64,000 nucleotides of DNA from a virus (lineage: Duplodnaviria > Caudoviricetes), in the IMG/VR virus record IMGVR_UViG_3300031555_003626, positions 160,001 through 224,000 of that record; one strand, written 5' to 3'. This document shows, piece after piece, positions 33,047 through 41,600 of the stretch (position 1 is the stretch's first letter; every line of letters starts with the position of its first letter). A program made the translations under genes and the position numbers. The notes beneath the pieces are model-generated. The model saw only the letters and a list, made by a program, of their open reading frames with translations, searched no databases and was not told where the DNA came from.

Positions 33047-33172
33047 GACACCGGCCACTATACTAGTTAATAGGGATGTCCAGGTCGAAGACTAAATAGG
33101 GCGTTTCCTCTAGCGGTTGCAAACGCGAAAGGTAAGAGCTCTCCGGGTTGCCAAAATTTTATAATATTTTAT

Positions 33173-33248
33173 CGGGGAGTAGCTCAGATGGTAGAGCGCG
33201 TGGTTTGGGACCATGAGGCCGCAGGTTCGAGACCTGTCTCTCCGACCA
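33173..33248 (+). tRNA. tRNA-Pro(UGG)
   Basis: CGTGG-TTTGGGA-CCATG; CCA. Confidence 0.95.
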
Positions 33249-33461
33249 AAGTTTGTCCGTAGCTAAGAATAAACGGTCATTTAAAACACCGCTACTGCAG
33301 TTCGATTCTGCACTCAGAGGTTCAATCTCATCACGTTATTTAGGTTAAAAGTGAGAGGGGATATGGTTCGACTCCATTAGGGTATGTGGTAAGTGTGCGG
33401 AAACCTAAATTTATTTAGTTTAATAATAAAATTTGTAAAAATATATCGTATAATATATTAT

Positions 33462-33556
33462 GCAGAAGTGCGTGAGCCTGGTTGAAACGACCTCCCTGCT
33501 AAGGAGGCGAGGGTTTATAAAATCCTCCGAAGGTTCGAATCCTTCCTTCTGCGCCA
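33462..33556 (+). tRNA. tRNA-Ser(GCU)
   Basis: CCTCC-CTGCTAA-GGAGG; long variable arm; CCA. Confidence 0.95.
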
Positions 33557-33677
33557 ATAAAATGCACCTGCGAGAACAGGTTTTATAGAAAAGTAGACGG
33601 GGACGAGAGTCGCACTCTCAGAAACACTGGATAAACACCGAAGACCCGACTAGTGGGAAGCATTTGAAATTTAATTT

Positions 33678-33763
33678 CGGAGGGCGGCGAAGTCGGAGAG
33701 TCGCGGCGGACTGTAAATCCGTTCCCCCTGGGTGAGTGGGTTCGACTCCCACCCCTCCGACCA
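33678..33763 (+). tRNA. tRNA-Tyr(GUA) with C1:G72
   Basis: CGGAGGG/CCCTCCG-A-CCA; GCGGA-CTGTAAA-TCCGT. Confidence 0.9.
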
Positions 33764-33769
33764 TTATAT

Positions 33770-33959
33770 TGCTAAGAAGGGCAAAGAATCGAGCTCGGCA
33801 GGCATCATACCCTGTGACAACGTTGTAGATAAGTTCGAAGGTATCTCGAGCAGAATAGAAAACTGTCTACTGAAATCAAAATAAGAACTAGATGAAAAAC
33901 TCTACGGAACTATTCAATGATGAGTTTAAAAGAAGGTGTGAGTCCTTCCTTAGCGACCA
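33770..33959 (+). ncRNA. 190-nt RNA with tRNA-like acceptor, T arm and CCA
   Basis: TGCTAAG/CTTAGCG-A-CCA; GAAGG-TGTGAGT-CCTTC. Confidence 0.55.
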
Positions 33960-34070
33960 ATTTAATATGTATTTAAGGCATTAAAACCGGTAAACACGCA
34001 GTTCAAATTTTTTGAAAGTTCTCCAAAAATATTTGCTAAATTTAATGATGCAAATAAAGGAGATATTTAA

Positions 34071-34547
34071 ATGCGTACTGATTTAATTAATAAAAAAGAA
34101 TTAATTTTAGAATGGATTGCCGAGGAACTTCCTAAAAGTGAGATGGCAAAACGTCTGGGTTGTAAACAAGAGACTCTTAATGCTTATTTAGTTAAAATGG
34201 GTATTACATATGTGGGTCAGCAGGCTAAAAAAGGTCAACAAAAGGGGCCTAATAAGTATAAAGATTCTTCTTACTATACTAAAATTGGCGGCCCAAGGAT
34301 TCACTCTACTGTTCTTAGACTAAAGTTAATTCGTGATGGTATTAAGGAAGATAGATGTGAACGTTGTGGTAATTCTCATTGGTTAGGCATTAAGCTTCCT
34401 TTAGAATTACATCATAAAGACGGTAACCATTATAATAATGAATTAACAAATTTAGAAATTCTTTGTCCAAATTGCCATGCTGTTTCTGGGGATAACGCTG
34501 GAGCAGCTGTTGGAAACTATATAACATATGCGGAAGTGACGGAATAG
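34071..34547 (+). CDS. HNH homing endonuclease with N-terminal HTH
   Basis: CERC...LELHHKDGNHYNN...NLEILCPNCH. Confidence 0.9.
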   Translation: MRTDLINKKELILEWIAEELPKSEMAKRLGCKQETLNAYLVKMGITYVGQQAKKGQQKGPNKYKDSSYYTKIGGPRIHSTVLRLKLIRDGIKEDRCERCGNSHWLGIKLPLELHHKDGNHYNNELTNLEILCPNCHAVSGDNAGAAVGNYITYAEVTE

Positions 34548-34613
34548 GCAGACGTCCCAGACTTAGAATCTGGTGCCTTTGGCGTATGGGTTCAAGTCCC
34601 TTCTTCCGCACCA
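34530..34613 (+). tRNA. tRNA-Leu(UAG)
   Basis: CCAGA-CTTAGAA-TCTGG; CCA; overlaps the HNH stop codon. Confidence 0.9.
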
Positions 34614-34618
34614 AATAT

Positions 34619-34693
34619 GGCGCTATAGTATAGAGGTCATTACGCCGGACTGTCACTTCGGTAACCCGAGTTCGAATCTCGGTAGCGTCGCCA
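34619..34693 (+). tRNA. tRNA-Asp(GUC)
   Basis: CCGGA-CTGTCAC-TTCGG; CCA. Confidence 0.95.
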
Positions 34694-34815
34694 AGTTACT
34701 TACCGTTGCGTTATAAACGGTTGTATAGTTCTTGTTAAAGTTGCAGACTATACGGAAACAATAACAACCACCACCTGCTTGGTGTGACTCTTTATAGGGA
34801 TGCAGAAGCTTATAT

Positions 34816-34891
<76 letters not shown>

Positions 34892-34999
34892 CGTTGCCGT
34901 TCGTAGCAAATATGTCGTTGGGTCAGAGATAGTATCGGCTAGCTTTAGATATTATCGTAACGAGATGTGCAGTTCGGGGGACTTTAACCTCGCCATTAT

Positions 35000-35075
35000 G
35001 GCTCCGTAGTCAAGTTGGTCAAGACACGGCCCTTTCAAGGCTGAGGCGGGAGTTCGAACCTCCCCGGAGTCACCA
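35000..35075 (+). tRNA. tRNA-Glu(UUC)
   Basis: CGGCC-CTTTCAA-GGCTG; CCA. Confidence 0.9.
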
Positions 35076-35132
35076 TAAAAAATTATAAAATTTAAATTAA
35101 AATTTTAAAAAATATATTGTATAATATATTAT

Positions 35133-36007
35133 ACGGGCCTGACCGATAACTTCCCGTAAGGGAATGAAAGAGGTAGACTGACAAGACCTCGCTGTGATGA
35201 GCAGTACCTCAGGCAATGTGTGACGGGACCTGTAAGAATTGAAAAGATTCTTACGAATATGCTAACCCCATGTTCTAACTTATCAATGATGAAATGAAAA
35301 GAGTTTAGTTGAGGGTCAACTGACTGAGCTATTCTCGCTCTCGCAAGGAGCTGGTTTCAACGCAAAAGGATTTGATGAGGTAAGGTAAGCTACAGGAAGT
35401 AAAATAGTTCGAGATTTAGCAGTCAAGGGCGACTTCCATTTATATCTGCTATGGTGGATATAAGAAATGTAAGTACAATGCGACGGAAAGCATTGAAGGC
35501 GGGTAGCATTCTTGCATTCAAAAGGTGTGAGAACTACAACAATAGTCTGTCTTCTGTCAAACTCAACTTAGCGTGGGTTGGAATCCCACCCGGTGTGCCA
35601 ATTTATCTTTTAGAGATAGTTCGCACCTATCTCATTATATACACCGGTAGCTCAGTGCTAGAGCGGCTGTGATAGGAAAACAGTGTCATGAGTAAAAACC
35701 TATTGTTGGAAACAAAGAAAAGTGTCTTAAGCCCACAGTGGTAAGCAATGTGGGATACATGGTGTCACAAGCATTATGTATTTGATTGAAACGAATCTAT
35801 AGAGGCGTAGCAACTTCGAACAGCCCGCAAGGTTGATAGTGGAGTGATAATCGAGTAATTGTTTCCGTAAAGGCGAACGCAAGCCTGGAGCCCTTGTGCT
35901 GGGGTGACGAATTGCAGGCATGAGCGGTACTTCCCAAAAGGAAGTGGAAATGTGACTAAAAAATAAGGTCATTAAGCCGTAGCAACTGTAAGGTGTATTC
36001 TCAGCCT
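35133..36007 (+). ncRNA. GOLLD-like giant RNA with an internal permuted tRNA-like domain
   Basis: About 870 nt after a promoter; many GNRA hairpins; ends AAGGTGTATTCTCAGCCT, matching the GOLLD 3' end as recalled. Confidence 0.65.
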
Positions 36008-36093
36008 TTTATTTATCTTACTATTTAATACTAATTGTTCCGAAAGGCGCTCTAAGGCAGGGATGAAATGCCCCTGTCAATTAGTATTTTTAT

Positions 36094-36169
36094 GCTTCCT
36101 TCCTCTAGCGGTCAAGGAGTTCCGGTTCTCAGCCGGGCAACAAGAGTTCGAATCTCTTAGGAAGTACCA
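36094..36169 (+). tRNA. tRNA-Glu(CUC)
   Basis: TCCGG-TTCTCAG-CCGGG; CCA. Confidence 0.9.
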
Positions 36170-36234
36170 ATAATTTAAATTTCAAAATAAATATCGTATA
36201 ATATAATATATAAATTTATTAGGAGATACTTAGG

Positions 36235-36426
36235 ATGACACAGTTTCAGTTTGATTTGATTTGTAAGGTTATTGAGGGTGGCGCACCTGCTCTTGCGAAT
36301 GAGCTTTGCGGTGCTTTAGATAGTCTTGTTCAGTCTTATAATGAAATCGTAAAAGAAAATGCTGATCTCAAAATTCAGCTTGAGGCTATAAACGCTTCTT
36401 CTGAAGCAGCAGAAGCTACCGACTAA
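36235..36426 (+). CDS. Small coiled-coil protein
   Basis: Promoter motif plus AGGAG RBS. Confidence 0.7.
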   Translation: MTQFQFDLICKVIEGGAPALANELCGALDSLVQSYNEIVKENADLKIQLEAINASSEAAEATD

Positions 36427-36444
36427 ATTACAGTAAATAATTTT

Positions 36445-36501
36445 AGAGCTTGTACTTATTTCTTTGAAATATAATTGATATTTAATACAAACAGTCAAGC
36501 C
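36445..36501 (+). ncRNA. Bulged-stem (Y-RNA-like) element 5, short
   Basis: AGAGCTTG-T-ACT-TATTTCT...AGT-CAAGCC. Confidence 0.7.
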
Positions 36502-36524
36502 AAGTTATTTGCTAAATTTAATAT

Positions 36525-36627
36525 AGAGCTCGCGCTTATTTCTACTAACAAAAAGACTTCGGCCGGGTATGTGGACTTCCGTCCTGGAAGTTTGCAGGTA
36601 ACCTGGCATACATATTATAGTCGAGCC
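36525..36627 (+). ncRNA. Bulged-stem (Y-RNA-like) element 6 with a three-way-junction cargo
   Basis: AGAGCTCG-C-GCT-TATTTCT...AGT-CGAGCC. Confidence 0.7.
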
Positions 36628-36638
36628 AATTTTTAATG

Positions 36639-36697
36639 AGAGCCTATGCTTATTTCTCACATTATTTAGGATAATAGAAAGTATGGATAGCTAGGCC
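36639..36697 (+). ncRNA. Bulged-stem (Y-RNA-like) element 7, short
   Basis: AGAGCCTA-T-GCT-TATTTCT...AGC-TAGGCC. Confidence 0.7.
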
Positions 36698-36704
36698 TTT
36701 ATAT

Positions 36705-36778
36705 TGCGGGTGGGCCGGTGCCCAGGCGAGTCTCATAAACTTGCTTTGACGGTCGTTCGACTCCCGTACCCGCGTCCA
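36705..36778 (+). tRNA. Atypical tRNA with CAU anticodon (Met or Ile2)
   Basis: GCGAGT-CTCATAA-ACTTGC; acceptor TGCGGGT/ACCCGCG; irregular D and T arms; CCA. Confidence 0.6.
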
Positions 36779-36787
36779 ATTTAATGT

Positions 36788-36863
36788 GCTGGCGTGGCGC
36801 AACTGGCAGCGCAACTGACTTGTAATCAGTAGGTTGCAGGTTCGATTCCTGTCGCCAGCTCCA
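36788..36863 (+). tRNA. tRNA-Thr(UGU)
   Basis: ACTGA-CTTGTAA-TCAGT; CCA. Confidence 0.95.
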
Positions 36864-36967
36864 TGATCATACTCGGGATACCTAAGGGTACTCGAGTTTT
36901 ATTTATAGCTAAATTATATGTATATAGTATTAAATCTAATCCAAAAATTAAAAAGAGGTATTATTCA

Positions 36968-37279
36968 ATGAGAATAAATAAACTTACTGAATCCGAATTA
37001 GCTCCAGGAAAAGTTCTTTCAGAAAAGAATGCGGCTTTTGCAGATATGCTTAGCTTATTAATTATAGATGAGTGGGAAGCAATTAATGGTTATCAAGGCG
37101 TTATTCAAAGTATGAAAAAGATGAAGATGCCTCAGAAGGCCATTGATATTCTTCAATCTATTATGGCTGAAGAGCATGCACACGTAGGCGAGCTTCACAA
37201 AGTACTTGCTTTAGTTAATCCTGATTCGGAAGCTCAGATTGAGCACGGTAAAGAAGAAGTAGAAGAGGTAGCTAAATAA
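36968..37279 (+). CDS. Ferritin-like (half four-helix bundle) protein
   Basis: DEWEAINGY...I..EEHAHVGEL diiron-type motifs; GAGG RBS before ATG 36968. Confidence 0.7.
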   Translation: MRINKLTESELAPGKVLSEKNAAFADMLSLLIIDEWEAINGYQGVIQSMKKMKMPQKAIDILQSIMAEEHAHVGELHKVLALVNPDSEAQIEHGKEEVEEVAK

Positions 37280-37286
37280 ATTATTA

Positions 37287-37315
37287 AAAAGAACCTATTT
37301 AGTAGGTTCTTTTTT
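37287..37315 (+). terminator. Intrinsic terminator
   Basis: AAAAGAACCTA / TAGGTTCTTTT stem. Confidence 0.7.
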
Positions 37316-37412
37316 ATTAAAGTTTTATAAACAAAGGCTGTATAATATATATATATTTAATAAATCTATTTGCTAAATTATACTGTAGATAACTTTTGAA
37401 AGGAGCATTTTT

Positions 37413-38195
37413 GTGTTAACTAAAGCAATAATTCAAAGTATTGATTATACAAAAAATATGTGTAGAGTACGTATACCATTATTTGAGAATGCTTCAAGGA
37501 ATGTAAATATTATCGAAGCAGATGCTCAAATTAATATTGTACCGGGAATATATAATAGTTACAAAACCGGAGATATAGTATTCATTGGCTTTGAAGAAAA
37601 TAAGATGGAATTACCTGTTGTTCTAGGAAAGCTTTTTGTTTCAGCCGCAACTGAAGCTAGCTCTTACCGTGGTAATGTTAGCGGAAATTCCTTAGCTATT
37701 ACCGATACAGCACAATTGCCTTATTCCACAGTTTTTAATTATGATAAAATAGCACAAAATGATACTATTTATAAAGATTTAAATACTCCGAAGAAGCTGG
37801 CTGACGGTATTATAAATTTGCAACGATCACAGATTCAAAAGTATCAAACAGTTATAAAAGTTTTAGCTACCAAAGTTAATAAACAAGACCCACAAGATAG
37901 TAAAAGTGCTTATTCTTTATATTTGAAAACTACTAATGACTTTACATATTCACCAGATAAATCAGATGAGCCTTTATATAGGCTATGCACGGCGTTAAAA
38001 AATAGTCAAACTGATAGTGTGTTTATTCCTTTAGATCTGGCTGTAGCAGAGGATGATTCAATTTCTCATGCTTTATTACAAGTACTGGAGATAGGCCCAT
38101 CTAGTCTTAAGCTTAAAGTGCTTATTGACGGTGAATTTTATACTGTTGACAAGGCAGATGTTGTAAGTATTCAGAGCTTTGCGATTTATTATTAA
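37413..38195 (+). CDS. Baseplate spike/hub-like protein with N-terminal OB-fold
   Basis: CRVRIP...GDIVFIGF......PVVLG (gp5/gpV OB-fold pattern). Confidence 0.65.
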   Translation: MLTKAIIQSIDYTKNMCRVRIPLFENASRNVNIIEADAQINIVPGIYNSYKTGDIVFIGFEENKMELPVVLGKLFVSAATEASSYRGNVSGNSLAITDTAQLPYSTVFNYDKIAQNDTIYKDLNTPKKLADGIINLQRSQIQKYQTVIKVLATKVNKQDPQDSKSAYSLYLKTTNDFTYSPDKSDEPLYRLCTALKNSQTDSVFIPLDLAVAEDDSISHALLQVLEIGPSSLKLKVLIDGEFYTVDKADVVSIQSFAIYY

Positions 38196-38248
38196 TATAT
38201 TTAATAAATCTATTTACTATCTGCTAAATTATTAAGAGGTGAGATTAA

Positions 38249-38635
38249 ATGCGTTCATTAAAATTTCCAAATATGTTTAGGTCCAACAGTACCGAGGTAT
38301 GGAAGTCCTCGGAATATCTTAATGCCACAAAGCAAAATACATTTCTTATCTTGCAAACTGAAAGAGGCGAGCTCGAGTGTGACCCGTACTTCGGTTTAAT
38401 GCTAAAACATTACTTATTTAGCCAAAATAACTATATATTAAAAGATATGCTTATTGATACTATTTATACCCAGCTCGCGTTGTTCTTACCACAGTTAAAA
38501 ATACAACGTAATTCTATTGAAATAATTCAAGACAAAGAGCGTGGAAAAGCTTATTGCAGGTTTTCGGGTATTAATCAAATTGATTACACTCATAATACAT
38601 TCAATCTTCTCTTATTTGAAGATTCTGACTTTTAA
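38249..38635 (+). CDS. gp25-like baseplate wedge protein
   Basis: LQTERGEL..DPYFG..L...LF motif. Confidence 0.8.
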   Translation: MRSLKFPNMFRSNSTEVWKSSEYLNATKQNTFLILQTERGELECDPYFGLMLKHYLFSQNNYILKDMLIDTIYTQLALFLPQLKIQRNSIEIIQDKERGKAYCRFSGINQIDYTHNTFNLLLFEDSDF

Positions 38636-38648
38636 AAGGAGATACTAA

Positions 38649-41600
38649 ATGATTACAAAGAATGAAATATCTTCATTAAATTTATCACCTACTAAAAAGG
38701 ACTTCGTTCAGATTTGGAATGAACTTATCGAAGTTGCATCAAAAATAACTGAGCGTTGGGATCCTACCAGTACGAACGAGAGCGACCCTGGTATTGTTTT
38801 ACTTAAAGTACTTGCTGGTATCGCAGATAAACTAAACTATAATATAGATAAAAATATTCTTGAAGCTTTCATGCCCACCGCTGCTCAAATGGAATCCATG
38901 AGAAAGCTTTGCGAGCTTGTTGGTTATGATATTAAATACTATCAGTCTGCTGAAACACGAGTAAGAATTAGTTACACTGGAAGCACTACAGATGAAGAAG
39001 AAAAACTTCCTGAACCTGGAGGCCTAGCTTTACCGAAGTTTACTACTATTACAAATGCAGATAAGGATATAACTTTTGTAACTACTAACACAACACCTAT
39101 ATTTATTACAAATAGCACTCCTTGGGTAGAAGTTTCATGTATTGAGGGTCAAATAAGCCAGTGCGAAAGCATAAATGAAAATAATCTAATCACACTTACT
39201 CAGTTGGATGATGAATATAGATATTACCTGCCCGAGATTCAAATAGCCGAGAATGGTATTTTTGTATATAATGCAGCTATTTCTATTAATGGTACTTATG
39301 AAGATGGCCAGCCGTGGGAGCAAGTTTCAAACTTAAATACGAGATCTTCTGAAACACGTGTTTTCAAGTTCGGTTATGATTCTTTTGAAGGTCGCCCTTA
39401 CCTAGCCTTTCCTGAAGACGTTGGTAGTCTAATTGGAGACGGCTTATTTATTTATTTCATTAGAACAAGTGGCCTTAGTGGAAATATTTCAGCACGAACT
39501 CTTGAGGTGTTGGAGGCTCCTACGGGCGGTGACTGGGATGATTACTCTGCAGAGCAGTTTGAAGTTGTGAATGATAATGCAGCCACAAATGGTACAAATA
39601 TTGAAAGTATCTCTGCTGCTTATAATAACTTTAAAAAGACTATTGGTACTTTTGATACGCTTGTAACCTGCAGAGACTATATGAATAAGATTTATTCATT
39701 AATGGATATGAATAATACTCCGTATGTTTCTAACATATTAGTTACTGACATTAGAAATGATATTAATAGCGCAATTACTCTCTGTAGCTGCAATGAATTT
39801 GGTATCCTGTATAAAGAGCTTCCTTTGACTAGACCAGATGACGTCACAGTTAAGACTACCTCTTATAAAGTTGATGAAATTAATAATAATAGACTAACTA
39901 TAAATACTAGTGCAGATACTAGTTATCAAATTGAAGTTCCTTTAATTGACCATTTTGACTTAGTTCTTTATCCATTTAAAACTTTTACACAGGTATCTTT
40001 TGGTACTGACAAAGAAAAGCTAGCGGAGTACTATAATAATTCATTTGTTTACTCTGAGCAGAAGAATGGCGAGATTGCAGCATCCCTGTCTGCTTTTAAA
40101 ACTTGCGCACATAATTTTAAAGCACCTCGTGATGGCGATCTTGTAGCAATAAATAACTATCTAAGACTTAATGCGCTTATTGCAACTTCAAACAAAGTAT
40201 CTGCAATCGAAGCAAACGATATTTTACAAAACGTCAAGGTCGCGCTTATTAATGAATTTAATATGAGAAACCTTGACTTTGGTGAAGAGATCCCTTTTGA
40301 TAATATCCTATCTGTCATTGAAAATGCCGATTCTAGAATTAAGGTTGTTTCTCTTCAGGAGCCAAAAGTGCTAACAACTTTCTCTGTTAAGGAGACTGAA
40401 AATGGAACAGCTACGTCTAAGGAATACGGAATTGTATCTTCTGCCTCTGACGTTAGGATTAGTGGAGTTAACTACGTGAATAAAGTGGTAAACAGTGAAA
40501 CTGGTGAAGAAACCGAGGAAGAGATAACCAAGGCTAAAGATATTTATAATAAATTAGTGCTTAGAAATATTTTAGCAGGAAGAGCTTCTTTACTTGACTA
40601 CGATGAGACTTTTATTCCCAATAACTCTGAAAAACCCTATACAATTACTGCAAATATTACTAGTATTTTAAACGATGGTGCTGATGAGCTTTATAATAAG
40701 GATGTGGCTGACTCTATTAATGAAGCAATAGACGCAATAGACGCTGACTCGGACGAGAACTTAGGCGAGCATATCCTTTATGATAGCGATGGTCTTATTA
40801 TAACTAACGGCTTTTATAGCAATGACAGCGTAATAACCCTTAAAGTATTCGATACAGTTAAAGAAGAAGAATATAGTACTAGCCAACTAGAGTCTATTCT
40901 TGACGATGAAGAAGCTATTACAGCCCAAAACATTATGGATGAGATTAGTAATATCACTACGGCAGGTACACATGAATTAACTAATAGGGGCCTATATGGC
41001 GGAACTTTAGTACTTATTGTTTCTGACAGTAACGAAAAAAAAGTACTTGAGACTTATTCTATACGAGACTATGCAGTATACGAGACATACGAGCCTACTT
41101 TTGCTGTTAAGCAAGAATCAGCTGCTAAAACTAGAGCTAGCTCAAGCAGCAGCGCTTCATCAGATTCAGCAGTTATTGATAAAATATCTCGGATTGCTGC
41201 GATTTGTGAGATTACTGGCGATGAGCAGGGACATTTTGAGGATATCACATTAGCTAAAAATGAAGTAATTAAATTTAGAGCCCCTAACTTAATTACTACT
41301 AAGACATTCCCTGCCTATGTTTATTACCGTTTTGAAAGAGCTTCTGGAGCTTCCGGAGCACAATCTGCTTCGGATGGACATTATGCCGCTGTGCAGTCCC
41401 TTAATTCATTTATTTCTGATGTTGGAGTTTCTGCTTTCTTTGGCGGTAAACTTAATACTGATAGTAACGGATGGAAATATGAGGGACTTTGGAGAAATGC
41501 TTTTAAAGCAAATCCAGACAACCTTAAAACTAAAACAGCTACAATTAAACTTAAAAAACTTACTGACAACACCGTTGAAGCTACAACTGTAGTTGACGTT

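Noticed and set aside
36863-36967. Upstream ORF-track starts at 904, 2701, 25498, 26937, 36863, 50093 and 52265
   Set aside because: Downstream ATGs have clear RBSs, and the extensions overlap promoters, terminators or other genes
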